Positions 1 through 12,479 of a stretch of 64,000 nt of DNA are shown here, piece after piece; within the stretch, counting starts at the first letter, position 1; every line of letters starts with the position of its first letter. The position numbers and the translations under genes are program-made. The DNA is from Glycera tridactyla. Its lineage: Eukaryota. The stretch covers positions 27,156,001-27,220,000 of the forward strand of contig OZ286477.1 in NCBI GenBank assembly GCA_965644265.1. Reading direction: 5' to 3'. Under the pieces are notes generated by a model that did no database searches, had not been told where the DNA came from, and saw only the letters and a program-made list of their open reading frames with translations.

Positions 1-89
1 AAAAAATTCATCGAAATCCGGAGCTCCTCGGGGCATTTTCGTTTTAAATGTTGCACACTGCCTGTCGGAAAAGTTCCTGGTTCCTTGTA

Positions 90-243
90 CAGTGATGTCA
101 ATATTCCGAAATTGTCGGAATTCCGGAAATTGCAGCAATCTAGCTGGGCGTTCTAAATTGGGCACTTTTTAGAATGTGTGAGGGTGGAAGGTGAAAATCT
201 AAATTTATTCTCGAAAATTTGGCTTCATCTCATGACATCACTA
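90..243 (+). mobile_element. MITE family B copy (non-autonomous DNA transposon)
   Basis: Terminal inverted repeat CAGTGATGTCA (90-100) and TGACATCACTA (233-243). The internal TTCCGAAATT...GAAAATTTGGCTTCATCTCAT matches copies at 47579, 60288 and 61222. No TSD seen. Confidence 0.75.
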
Positions 244-249
244 CTGATA

Positions 250-780
250 TGTCAGACAAGACCTTCTTCAGTTTTAATACCTCTCTAAAATTCCTGAATT
301 CTTGAAAATCATGAATTTGCTCAGGCCGGACTGAATACGACATCAATTTCTCTCTTTTTTTCAATTGGAAATCCGTCGTCAGCCTAGCAATCAATTCGTT
401 TCGTTGCTCACCTACTAGTATGAAGGTTCTTTCTGATCCCAAATATATGTGGTTGTTGGAAGGTTGGAATTGACTCATGAGCAAGGGAATCGGGAGCACT
501 CAGTAAATGGAGGGACAGCTTTCCATTGAATAATGAATGACAATTGCTTCTTGTAGATCCCAAGTCAAATTATGTCGTTCTCTCCCCATTGTTTGGAAGT
601 GTCCTTTCCAATTTACCAGAATTATCCTCACATGATGAATAAATTCACTGACCAACCCGAGATATCTGTCTCAACTGAGGCGGAGAAAGTCACACCCAAT
701 TTCAGACATGTTGCTGATGTATGGCTCACCCAGGAGTGTGTCTGTTCATAAATAATTTAAGATAACGGTGCACGTTGTCC
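250..780 (+). mobile_element. Possible eroded LINE reverse-transcriptase relic
   Basis: Frame-broken peptides LENHEFAQAGL (like EQAGFR), VVLSPLFGSVLSNLP (like VLSPLLF..YI.DLP) and FRHVADV (like YADD) occur in RT order. Motif-level match by eye only. Confidence 0.25.
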
Positions 781-974
781 ACTATATTTGTTAAATTCGA
801 CTGATTGGATCTGTGTCGTTTGGGGAGTTTTAGTTGTGCATGTGTGAATTACACGCCATGGCAATCTTGTCCCCTCAGTACAAACTCCCATCTCTCACAC
901 ACGCACAGACACACTTTCTCACCCGAAGCGAAAAGCATCAACTTTGCAAAATTCCGTCCAATCATTGAGAAAAT

Positions 975-1124
975 CATAGATGCCAGAAAATTCAGAATTT
1001 GAAATTTTTTTCACAAAAATTTAAAATTTAACCTGGCTGAGAATTTCAAGAATAGTACTTTTGATAAGGGGTTCCTGGGATTGCTTGACCATATTTTCGA
1101 GAAATTTGCTTCATTGGCATCATC
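975..1124 (+). mobile_element. Diverged MITE family B copy
   Basis: Begins CATAGATGCCAGAAAATTCAG and ends TTCGAGAAATTTGCTTCATTGGCATCATC, matching the family B right end (GAAAATTTAGCTTCATCTCATTGGCAACACTG). Confidence 0.5.
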
Positions 1125-1745
1125 AAAAAAGAGTATGCGGAACAGGCATCAAAACTATCAACAAACATAGAATGTATACTACAGCTATTTTCAGTGGATT
1201 TCAAAATAATTCTAGCAGGAATACTCTCTAATAAATACCTTTATTTCTTCAAAGGCAACTCAGATGCTTGTTTATCCGTCAGTGTTTCCGGAAGCATTTT
1301 CAGAGAATTTTGTTCCAAAACATCATTTTCGAGTCAACAACATATGAATATGTAAATATATATCATATATTTTTTCGTCTACTTTACTGACATCACCTTA
1401 TCTAATGTGCAGAATTTCTGTACATGACTTATATGTGAGTAATGACCTCGTGGGCAGAAGGTTGCAGGTGATATATGTGTAGATATATCTCATGACAAGA
1501 TGTTTGAAAGAACCTAGATCCTAACAACATATCAGGATTTGTCGGATAAAACTTGTACAGACAGGTATTTTACATAAAACATATTTCAAGCTATACATAT
1601 GACTTGCTCCGTGATGAAGTTGCTTATGGTCAAGATTAAGATATAGACGCGATTTGTATCAGCTGATCCCCATGTTTTGTATAACTTGTCAATGTGGCAT
1701 TGATATGTCGAGACAAAGTGGGTGGCGCTGATGAAATTGCACGCA

Positions 1746-1771
1746 CACGTGGCGTCATTGTAATGACGTCA
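1746..1771. promoter_or_regulatory. E-box plus CRE motif cluster
   Basis: CACGTG (1746-1751) and TGACGTCA (1764-1771). CGTCATT-GT-AATGACG forms a 7-bp inverted repeat. Confidence 0.3.
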
Positions 1772-3565
1772 CGACGTTGAACGTGTTCATCTACGTAAAC
1801 GAAATGGTCATGTCATGGCGTCCTGAGTGTCACCACGCAAATGTCTCGTTCCACTTTCTTGCTTGTCTAATTCCATTCTCTCCACTTTTATTTATCACCA
1901 GTGTGTTTCCATGCCCACAGGACTGACCCGTTGACCACAGTGTGGCCAAACTAACCCACTCTCCAACGAATCCAGTTCACACCATATCCACCAAAGTAGG
2001 TTTTTAACTGCAGAATTAAACCGACACCAATGAAGTTTGAAACATATATATTGATATTTTTTTTTGTTCGATATGACCCCGCTCCAGAAATGGGGTGGGA
2101 TTTTTCTATCTAGGTTTGGTCCGATTCTAATATGCTTGTTAGGAGTAAAGGTGTACCGCAAGGGGGTCCACTCAACCCCTCACGAATTACAGCAATATGT
2201 CATTGGTGAATTTGTCGGAGAGGATAACACGGCGTGCAGCTCTTATCAAGTTAGATCAGCTCTGATACCCCCATGCTTCCATCCTGACTTGACAAATCAT
2301 CAATACGTGCAGATTTCAGCCGACGAGACATTGACACCCGCGACCTGCCACGTTCAGGGGATAAAAACCTTGAACTCTTGCTGATTCACGTTATTCCGCC
2401 GCTGACAGCACAATTTATCTAAAAGGATGAACGAGCTTTACCTACATCGAATATTACCCTCTAAGATAAATTACCATCATATATATTGAGTAAGTAAATA
2501 ACTGTCTTCTCTTGCGATGGAAGGTTTAACTTTAAATGAAGGATGACTCTACTCAGTGTTTTGCCATATATACACCAGATATTTCCTACTTTATTCCCAC
2601 ATGAAAAATGGACTGAAACGTCTAATGAATTGCTGTGATTAGCTTAGTGAAGGCTAACACCTTATGAAATAGATCACTGGTGTTTAGCTCATCCGTCAGG
2701 ATACCTTCATTTATTTAACTCAACTAGGGATTAAGGACACCCTTTGAGGTTAACCGCCATTCATCATGATTCTCCCCGAAGATTCGGAGATTCATTTGCA
2801 AAGTGTATGCCACATCCTCCATCACACAAGATGGATGTGAAAGCCATGTATTATGTTGTTTGGAAAATACGTCCCATAATTGAATAAGTGATACTTCTTA
2901 TCCGATTTTAAATTTGGATACTGACTATATCATTCTTTTGGATTTCTTTCTGAATGGCTACAAAACGATTCTCATTTTTCCATGACACATGGATGGACGT
3001 CTACCAGTTCTTTCAAACTGTAAAATACGATCAGGTCTCTCAATTCACTTGGTCGAAAACGTGACACCATATTTGTGAGAGTACATACAATGACTGAAAA
3101 GGGGTCGTTGACTCATTGGTGAAACCACCTGATGATCAGTGACAAATTCTATCGAAGAAAAGTAATGACGAAAACAAATGAATATCACGCAGGATTGTAA
3201 TTCAGTGATCTTTCTTTCATCCCTCCATATTATTGACCTCAGTATTCAGTGATATATTTCGGTCATTCCTGAGACTGACCATGATATAGTCATAAGAAAG
3301 GTCAAACGCTTAAGGTAGAGATGCCGAAATTCTGAAAAATCGTGATTTAGTATTAGCCGCAACCTGGCTAGAAATTTACGAGCAGGTCCTTTCAGAGGTG
3401 ATAGGGGACTATTTTCGTGAGATTCAACAGAAAACAAAAATCCAAGATATTATGTAAATTCCCCAGATTATATTGTCTGTTATCGTATACAAAAATGATG
3501 AACTGTGTGGATCAATGCTACTCAATACTGGGGCATATTTGGGATATTGATCGGTCAAGACACGA

Positions 3566-3605
3566 CCGCCATCATTTTGGCCGACAGTATATTCAAGATG
3601 GCGGC
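3566..3605. repeat. Head-to-head CCGCCATC / CAAGATGGCGGC motifs, probably a subterminal motif of a DNA-transposon relic
   Basis: CCGCCATCATTTTGG (3566-3580) and CAAGATGGCGGC (3594-3605) are in inverted orientation. Both are YY1-like cores. Confidence 0.4.
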
Positions 3606-3702
3606 TGTGACCGAAAGGGTATCACGAATTGACCATCGTTTCATCAAACTCTAGGCAATATAAACACAGACCATATTCAACCAAACCTTCAATTTGATAT
3701 TA

Positions 3703-3857
3703 TAGAGATGCCAACTATCACAATTTTGAAGTGATGACAACTATTTGAGGCCATTATATTGGCATTCAATGCTCAATATTAATCCAAGAAATTCGTGATC
3801 TATCCATTTGACCATTGCAGGTACTACCATCATTGCTCCTGAACGTTGGCATCATTG
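3703..3857 (+). mobile_element. MITE family A copy
   Basis: TAGAGATGCCAAC (3703) and GTTGGCATCATTG (3845-3857) form the TIR. The internal ACCATTGCAGGTACT is shared with other family A copies. Confidence 0.7.
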
Positions 3858-4312
3858 CAAATGTTGGCTTTAAATGTAGGCATCTTTGTAAATGTATTAT
3901 TTGTCGGGGTTAGATAAGGCATCTGTTGATGCTAGTGTTAAAGCCTATCGTACCGATACGCCAAATGGGTATAACAAAATGTAATAGCGTCCCAGGAATC
4001 TGCGTATTTTTTTTTTCATCAGTTGGGAATACGGAGCTATGGAAGGCATTTATTTTCATTATAGACCAGCCCATGAATCAGACGCCGCTACCGGGTATGA
4101 GTGTGTAAAAAACCGCGATCAGCATTGTCAGCTCTCTTAGATATATACATTAATACTCTTCCTCATTATATTTACTATGCACAAATTTGATCATCACCAT
4201 ATAGCCTGTCGGCGAGTCCTGCCGATGTTCTTCATCACTCCGATACGGGCATGTTCCCCAAAAATGTCTCCAATCAACATTTCACCATAGATTTTGCCAG
4301 ACATTGTCCATT

Positions 4313-4606
4313 CAGTGATGCAAAATCTTTGCCATTGTTCGTTTGTCCAGTGATATGAACTCTTTGTTCAGTGATGCAAGATCTTTGTCAGTGCTCGTAT
4401 GTCCAGTGGTATAAACCTTTTGTTCAGTGATGCAAGATCTTTGCCAGTGTTTGTCTGTCCAGTGATATTAACATTTTTGTTCAGTGGTGCAAGATCTTTG
4501 CCGGTGTTCATCTGTCCTGTAATATAAATTCTTTGTTCAGTGATTCTTTGCCAGTGTCCTTTCAGTGATCTTCAGTGATCTTTGTCAGTGATGCAAGATC
4601 TTTGCA
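4313..4606 (+). repeat. 56-bp minisatellite (about 4.5 units plus truncated units)
   Basis: CAGTGATGCAAGATCTTTGCCAGTG..TGTCCAGTGATA..AAC..TTTGTT recurs at 4313, 4369, 4425, 4482 and 4538, with short units at 4563-4606. Confidence 0.9.
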
Positions 4607-5262
4607 TTTGGTCGGACAGTGAAGCAAGAATTTGTCAATGATTTTCTGTTCAGCGACCCAGGATCTATGAAAGGCATCCAACCATTTCCATTCCAGTCAT
4701 AAGTGAATATTGTCAGTCCTGTTATTCAAGATCTGAAGAAAATAAAAATCCCCATAATTGCGATCTCGATGAGCCAATATGCAAGTTTTCGAGATCGGTG
4801 GTCATTGGTTCGATGTGCAATCCTTTCGACAAATGGGCGAAATCCTCAATCGAAGTGGGGCTCTCAGTGATGCGTTCCTTTTGATCACAAAAACGGCTGA
4901 ACACCAAAAAAATTAAACCATACTTTGCAATGCTTATCAATGATGGTAGAGATTTCTGATTTATCAGAAATAATCCAAGTTTGAGTCAATTTTTGAGGGT
5001 CTCGTTGAATTCATTTACTTGACCAATATCAACAGATTCCCGATTCGACAATTTTTCTCTCACACCGGGAACGAAATAAGGCACACAAAAGTTAGATTCA
5101 AGCTATAAATGCTTTCAATAACTGATCGATACCATAGTCGACTTATTCGCGATTATAACAGAGCTCAGATCATCAACGCCAACGGAAAAAACAGGCAGCG
5201 AAAGAAAACCATTTTTTTCTGGAGTAATTGTTGACATCATCAAAGCACAGCCTCGTTCTCAC

Positions 5263-5337
5263 CTCTGATAGATGTCGCCCAACAACTCTGACGAGAAAGA
5301 GGCAGGCTGCAAATATAGACAAATGAGTAGGGTCCAT
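5263..5337 (-). CDS. Candidate first coding exon with signal-peptide-like N-terminus (orphan)
   Basis: ATG at 5337 gives MDPTHLSIFAACLFLVRVVGRHLSE, followed by a phase-0 donor GAG|GTGAGA. A CpG-containing stretch lies upstream. No compatible downstream exon was found. Confidence 0.2.
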
Positions 5338-5699
5338 CGTGCCACAAATCTTCTCTAACAAACGATGTTCATCTTCGTTTTACTTGCAAAAGGCCATATT
5401 TTCTTGTTGGCGCCTTGGTTGGATTCATTGCCCCCGTCGGCGCATCAGAGCCCACAAACAGGGCAACTTCGCGCTATGAATCATCAATGAATATTTTATG
5501 GCGACATTGTTAGTGTACGAATGATCTATGTTTTGATAACAAGAACGAGTTCCGAGGAGAGATTCATTCCTATTTGTTCAGTTTTGCCCTTCTCAGATAA
5601 ATTGCCATTCACTCTTGGCTTCACAACTTTTAAATGGCTGACTAAGGACATTGTTGCTACTGTTGAAAGCCGCTTCAAAGTCACTTCTGCCTCACCATG

Positions 5700-6480
5700 G
5701 TAGTCCATCTTTCAGTCATTCTGAATAACTTGTGTTTGTGCCATTACTCGATATTACAGTTTACAACTCAGACACACAGTATAATACTATTATACAATAT
5801 CACTGGCATGTCCTCATAAGCTACTTAGCAAATATGTTGAGCATACATTGTTTTTCTATCAACTCAGGTAAGAATTGGCTTCGAACTTTATCAGCTTCGA
5901 TGGTTTTACTATCATTCTATCACATATGGATTGAATGTGATCGTAGGTCTCCAAGTTTATGTACTAATTGTGACATTCACTGTTCCAAGACTACATATTT
6001 GAGAGAGTCTAATATAAATTCTGTGTATCTCGGACGTTGTTTGAGTCCACATTTCAGATTCATACACGCAGATTTACTTCATGTGATTGCTTCAAATTTT
6101 TTTATAATAGTTGTATCGTTTTTAGGTACTCGACATCCATGATACATACAATTTCGGGAGATGTCTGTGCTTTTTTGAGACACTAATTGACTCATGAAAT
6201 CACTCTTGGAGTCTTTCTCAAGACACCGCCTATACAGTCGGGTTTCACATGTTTGATAAAGTGGTCCATATCAACATAGTCTTGACATCAATAATCATGG
6301 GGAACGAACTTTCAGATGAAGTTTCTGAGAGCAGTCATATATTACATTGCCTTGCGGTGTGAAAGGCCAAAGATGAAGCATCATGCGATGTCACATTGGA
6401 ATTACATTCATCGAAATCCAATTTCATTCTCGTGATCATATATCTGATTTCTTCTTGAGAAATTAACTATTAATCTCCAG
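5700..6480 (-). mobile_element. Eroded RTE-like LINE ORF2 relic
   Basis: DHENEIGFR (6437-6411, like ENQAGFR) and KKI*SNHMK*ICVYESEMWT (about 6100-6040, like KIFNSNVKSVLLYGSETW of RTE elements). Many stops, and an apparent internal deletion. Confidence 0.4.
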
Positions 6481-7859
6481 GTATATCCTGCAATATATAG
6501 CAACATTGATTATTTTCTCGAACTGAAGTATTCACATCGATTTTGATTCCAACGAATTTTCAAAATTTCTTCGAGTATATTTCAGATTACCTTTGAATAA
6601 AGCAACCAAGATGTCATTTTTATCAATGTTCTGTTTCTATGCGTTCTGTGAATTTGCCAGTCAGTTCTGACAATATTTCGTGATCATATCAAACTAGTGT
6701 AACTTAGGAACTTTTCCATGACACCCACTCATTTTCACAATAATGTGGCACCCTGCACAACAGCTGGAATGAAATAGAAAACACCTTAAAACACATCCCA
6801 ATTCACAATAGATGATGAATTTCTGACAAACTGTCATTCGTTCGAATTGCTTTGATTTTCATTTTTCTTTCGTCACAAAGTCAAGGGCTAAAGCAACTCC
6901 ATCAGGCAGGTATCTTTCGTTAATTCATTGAGGACCTTATCCCATTATTAATGTCAGTGTAATGTGAATGAGACGCAGCTATCAATGGGATTCGAATGAA
7001 GAATGATGACCAAAAATATTTATTGGAAAATGCCATTCTACGTCGAGACAGAAGACGTACAAAGCTGAGCCTTCAGCCAAGACAAGGATTATGTTTCAAA
7101 GGAAAGTGATGACAGTAGCATATATGAATCATTTTTGATGCATTCTCTCTCTTCGATCGCCTGCTTTGTTTTTCTACCTCACCGATTCATCATGGCGGAG
7201 AGTGACATTTGAACGGGTTCGCCAGCGTTCATTTCCAATTAGTTTGGCCTTGCTTGAGTGCTTGATTCTCCAAGGATCTTATAAATATTCGGATTAAGGA
7301 GGAGCAGGGCGGTGTATATTTCAAATCGACAAGAGGGCGCAAATCCTCCGCCCTTCACGTGACCCAGGGCGATCCCAGAAGTATTCTATCATCCGCCATC
7401 TTGTTTCTCCCTCATATCTCACGACCCCACAGCGTGCAATTCACCTGTCCTTCCATGGAGGCCGTAAATCTAGTTTGACCAATGGTCCTCTGTCCCCACA
7501 ATCACACTCAAACACGCATGCGTACATCTAACCCATCTGATATCCTTCGTATTTGTTCTTCGGTCATATTTTATTGAGCCTTGTCCCCCTATAGGACCTT
7601 TCACCTTAAGTCTTGCATTGAATCACATCTAAATCAATGTATATGGTTTCAACAAATTCACAAATAATTTACAGTAATATCTGGACTATGGGAATATACA
7701 TAAAGGAAGTCAGGATCAGATTCCCATCATCACGATATAGTACCAATGGTTATTATTTCTTAACCACGATTTCGATGGTTTTATGCGAACATGACTTCAA
7801 TAAATTCATGACCGTTTCGTTTGATCACTGGGGATAATCTCATCATTTCTCTCGAAAAT

Positions 7860-7902
7860 TGGAATCATCACTGATTTTGGTCATCAGAGGTTGGCATCCC
7901 TG
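7860..7902 (+). mobile_element. MITE family A right end
   Basis: TTTTGGTCATCAGAGGTTGGCATCCCTG matches the right ends at 47114, 34051 and 45681. It is followed directly by CAGATTGCC. Confidence 0.55.
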
Positions 7903-9055
7903 CAGATTGCCTCATGGACAAAATATTCATGATTAATTCATGATGTATTCGTAGGAGAGTAAGAACAGATGATTCGACACCCCTAAAAGCATTGTAATCA
8001 CACGCTTGTTAACTCCGAGCCACCATGGAATCTCCCTTTTTGTGACGTGTAGAACAAAACAGGATGACGTCGTTGAGAACAAAGCCAGTGCCATATGTTA
8101 GCTTGACCAATGGTCGTGTAATTACATGCCAAGATGACAGAACTACATCTCGTGACAAGGGCCCATGATTGAGGTCCTTTGGTAATCAGCAGTGCAGTCA
8201 TATGCCGACAGCAATTTGTCTAACGTTATTGTTTATAAGCAATGGAGGTTAATTCCATCATCTTTGCCAGGCCAAAGTTATTAACACAGACATTCATGCA
8301 TATGCAATTACAAGATCATGATGGCTTTCTAGCAATTCTGGGTGGTCTAACATGCAAGATATGCATGATGATAACGGATAACGGATGATAACAGATCCGG
8401 GCTTCCAATGTTAGTGTCTGAATTTGTTGGATGTGAAACCCTGCATCATCATAATCGAGTGTGCATAACACAGGCAAATCATTCATAGTCATCATTGTTT
8501 AAAATGACTATAGGTGCTTGATGATTTGCTTTATTCTCCCAGCGACAGCAATTTGCATGAGATTCTCTCGAAAATTGTCGGAATCTACCAAAATTTATTG
8601 TGGGAACAAATTGGGAAATGGCTGCAATCCCTCTGGAAGTTACATGATGAGGTACTTTTGAGAATAGGTTCAGGCATTTTTAGGCATTTTTATCGATTTT
8701 TCGAAAAAGATCACGCAAACTTATTGAGTCAATGTGTATATTCTCCATCTTTCAAACATATGGCGAGGTTTCTATCATCATAAACTTGGGAAAACTGTCA
8801 CAAAATATCCCTTAATATCACGGTGAATTTTTCCACTAGAAGCAAACGTGTGGATTTGCATTATCGATCGTGCCTGACTGATGGGAGTCGACAAAGAAAT
8901 AAACAAATTTCTGTGAGCCACGCAAGAAAAAAACAATCAGTAGGCATTTCGTTGAATATTTGCACGTGATTTTTCTCATTAGGAACATGTATAAGCGGAT
9001 GCCAGCAGCAATTTCGTTGATTTTGTTCAGTCCGTCGCTAGGCACAGACTCATGT

Positions 9056-9086
9056 GTCACGTGATCCCTCACAGGTCACGTGACCT
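9056..9086. promoter_or_regulatory. Paired GTCACGTGA(C) E-boxes (CLEAR/USF/MITF type)
   Basis: GTCACGTGAT (9056-9065) and the perfect 14-bp palindrome AGGTCACGTGACCT (9073-9086). Confidence 0.4.
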
Positions 9087-9149
9087 AAATTGACCGGTTG
9101 CCCGGATGCAAGGCCATCATCGGTTGATGATTGTGTGTGTAGAACGTGA

Positions 9150-9605
9150 GACCATCTATAGTATGTTTGTATATCGGAGGGATGATTCAAACTAACTTTG
9201 TTGGCTCTCTATTCAAGAAACACTGACCAGTCCGCTTTGACTCTGTGTTGACCTTTGTACCATTTTCTAACTGTATCAATAGATTGACACCTATTATGTT
9301 TGTAGAACAATAGGCAGTCTGTAGTATGTTTGATTATCTGAAGGAGGATTCAAACTACTTTTGTCGGCTCCCCATTCAAGAAATACTGAACAGTATGGTT
9401 CGACTATGCTGACCTTTCAACCATTTTCTAACTACATAAATGAAATGACACACTTTGTTTTTGTATAACAAAAGGCAATCCGTGCTATGTTTGTATATCT
9501 AAGGGATGATACAAACTAACTCTGTTCGCCTTCCGACCAGTATGGTTCCACTCTGTGTTGACCTATGCACCATTTTCTTAATATAGCAATAAATTAACAC
9601 CCATC
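9150..9605 (+). repeat. About 162-bp diverged tandem repeat x3
   Basis: TATGTTTG..TATC.GA.GGA.GAT.CAAACTA at 9162, 9325 and 9486, each followed by GACC..CCATTTTCT.A. Confidence 0.85.
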
Positions 9606-10570
9606 TGTTCATTCAAACAGATAAGGGTTCTCTGGATATGACTAATACATCACATATAATGGCACCAGTGTCAAAGTTGTGCTGAGTTACGATCGATGCA
9701 CATGATCTGTCCAATAGAGATAGTCAAAATGTGTTCGTTTTGGATTTTGTGTTCAATGGACCACCGGTCAAGCTTGACCAATGACCATCTGCTGCCACTG
9801 GGGTAACTGTGAGTCATGGCTGATACAAAATTAAGCATCCTCGAGGGAAACAATGACTTACTCCAAATAATAAAGCATGATAAATATGATAAGATATCGA
9901 TGATACTGATCTGGAATAATTTCATCTCAACAAACGTTCAAATAAGATATCTTATCTCAATGTCGAACACTCTCAGGATTTTCTGTTGATTTCGGCCAAA
10001 TTAGCTAGACATAGAAAATAGGGAGATTGCTTCTCATGTATACGCAGAGTGTGTGTCCATGGGGGTGGGGGCTGATTCTGGTTTGACGACACGTCAGAAT
10101 CATATGTGTTATATTTATGCAATGGACATAGGTATGATCCCGGTGAAATATGATAGTGAGAGTCACTTGTGGTATCTTCATATATGTGTGTGGTGGGGGG
10201 GGGGGGGGGGGGTCATTAAGTGGATGTCTAACTTCTGGAAATCGTTAATGGACAGTGCTTTTTTTGAGCGAGAAAAATACCAATGAGTGAATCACAACAA
10301 TTGCCTAATCGTATACACAGGTCTTGACTCGGTCTTCCGCCTCGTGCGATGTGAGAGCCCTTTCGCACTCAAGCCCCCCCCCCCCCCATGTGTTCTTCAG
10401 TACATGACTTCCTTACAAATCATTCGATCTTGTGCCACACTAATCAAACAGCGAGAGAATAACGTGATTTCACGTGAATGAATGGAATAAATTCGTTAAT
10501 TAAAACGCGATAAAATGAAGCTAATTTCACACCAAGCCAGCATAAGAGATTCAGCGCGCGTTCTGTCTCG

Positions 10571-10586
10571 TGCATGCGCCATCTTG
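10571..10586. promoter_or_regulatory. Overlapping NRF1-like and YY1-like motifs
   Basis: TGCATGCGCCATCTTG contains GCATGCGC and CGCCATCTTG. Confidence 0.25.
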
Positions 10587-11091
10587 CCAAGAAGCTGAAA
10601 GAGATTGCGGTAATGCCCTCTTGGAATCCCAATAAACACAACCAGGACACGACCAGGAACCTGCACATTATCCCTAGAATCCCTACCTACCCTAGAATAC
10701 TCCACAGACACTGAGTCATTCATAGACTGCTTCCCGTCGACTTGCATTCATTAGTGCCATGGGAAAAAACGTCGGAAGTTGGGGAAATATCGTTTAATCT
10801 AGTAACCTGCTGATGTGCCCTAGGCCAAGTCTATTGAAATGAGCTGTGCTTTGACTGGAGAGAATGTCAATGGGCACTAGTGTTATGTGGATTAATGTGT
10901 CATTGCACTCTCCACTAATCCTAGGATTGCTATGATGAAATGCTGTAGTTAACCCCACTCATTCACCATCGCGCCTTATTATATGTCACTACTCGTATAA
11001 TGCGGTATCGAGCTGTCACCCCATGGCTATATATCAAATGTGCAGTGGTGCACACATTCTATTTTGTATACACTGCCAAGCCCCAGAGTTT

Positions 11092-11288
11092 NNNNNNNNN
11101 NNNNNNNNNNNNNNNNNNNNNNNNNNNNNNNNNNNNNNNNNNNNNNNNNNNNNNNNNNNNNNNNNNNNNNNNNNNNNNNNNNNNNNNNNNNNNNNNNNNN
11201 NNNNNNNNNNNNNNNNNNNNNNNNNNNNNNNNNNNNNNNNNNNNNNNNNNNNNNNNNNNNNNNNNNNNNNNNNNNNNNNNNNNNNNNN
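11092..11288. other. Assembly gap (N-run)
   Basis: Run of N. Confidence 1.
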
Positions 11289-11289
11289 T

Positions 11290-11525
11290 GTCCCTTCATC
11301 CATCCGTCTGTCTAATCGTCCGGCTGTCCCTTTATCATCCATCCGTCCGTTTGTCTGTTCGTCTATCCATCTTTCCACGTATCCATCTTTCAACGTATGC
11401 ATCCATCCCTCAATCAATCATTCCATCCATCCATCCATCCACCCATTCTTCCACCCTTCCTTCCTTTCTTCCTTCCTTCCTTCCTCCCTCCCACCCATCC
11501 ATCCATTCCACTTTCTCCCCTATCC
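11290..11525 (+). repeat. (TCCA/TCCG/TTCC)n tetranucleotide microsatellite
   Basis: Directly visible, adjacent to the gap. Confidence 0.95.
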
Positions 11526-11599
11526 ACTTGTCCTCCCAGAGCGTCTTCTACTGGGATGAATCGTTGTTTTGGAGACATGAACCCAATCTAATTAATCAC

Positions 11600-11990
11600 G
11601 CTGCCCAAATTGAATGGAGTGTAAGACGGGACTATGGGACAGGGATAGATAAATCCTGTCCCTGTTCAGGGGGAATGGAGCCCCATGAGGCCCAGTGACC
11701 CTTCAATAGTGAGTGGGCAGTTGTACAGTCATAGCTATATCAGACTAAGGAGGTAAGGAGGGGGTTAGGAGTTTGCAGCTGCGATGAAGTCGGTATTGCA
11801 ATGATGAAACTGCTTTGTTAGGAGCTTGGAGCGGTTCAGTCTGCCGTATTCAGTTGTCGCTCGGCCTGGCTTGGCTTTTGCCATCTCCTTGGAGAGTTCA
11901 GAGGCGGTCGGCGTTGCTCCGCAATTAATGGCTACTGGGGGCACACATTGTGCGGCGACTGAGCTCTTTGACGCTGGAAGGCCCGCACGT
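11600..11990 (-). mobile_element. Possible LINE ORF2 C-terminus plus 3' UTR relic
   Basis: A stop-free minus frame reads AGLPASKSSVAAQCVPPVAINCGATPTASELSKEMAK...HCNTDFIAAANS*, loosely like the C-terminal cysteine region and V.DFI..T.RF end of LINEs. A hairpin GGGACAGG...CCTGTCCC lies at about 11636-11663. Confidence 0.3.
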
Positions 11991-12154
11991 CAGCGCCTTG
12001 CTGACGATCTATTGCCCATGCCCCGTAGTATGCGCTGTTGAATTATTCAAAATCGCCAGAAAAGCACTGGGCAAAGTTGATCTCCCAGCGGAATGAGACA
12101 CACGCAGAGAGGGATTAAGCATGACTCCAGCTATTTTGTTATTCTGCAATTTGC

Positions 12155-12415
12155 TGCAAGTCACAACCCAAGCATAAGCTTTCTCTGGAATTGACTTGTT
12201 TCGCCTCTCAGTCAAGTCCAAACAACCAGTAGGGGATCCTAAATGAAATTCTGGTACAGTAACTCACAGTTTTGCACTTCAGATAAACATTTTGTCCAAT
12301 AAAAATGACCTTGAACAAAAGTTGAGAAAACTTTGTTTCACCCTGTTTGCAAAGTCACAACTCAGGTATAAGCCTTCTTTGGAAGTGGCTTGGTCTGCTT
12401 CAAAGTCAAGTCATA
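12155..12415 (+). repeat. Diverged direct repeat pair (about 60 bp, about 193 bp apart)
   Basis: GCAAGTCACAACCCAAGCATAAGCTTTCTCTGGAATTGACTTG versus GCAAAGTCACAACTCAGGTATAAGCCTTCTTTGGAAGTGGCTTG, each followed by ..AGTCAAGTC. Confidence 0.75.
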
Positions 12416-12479
12416 GCAGGCCGAGACAAATCCTCGGTTTGAGACTGTGGGTGTGACTCGCTCTCGAAATGAGCCCCAT

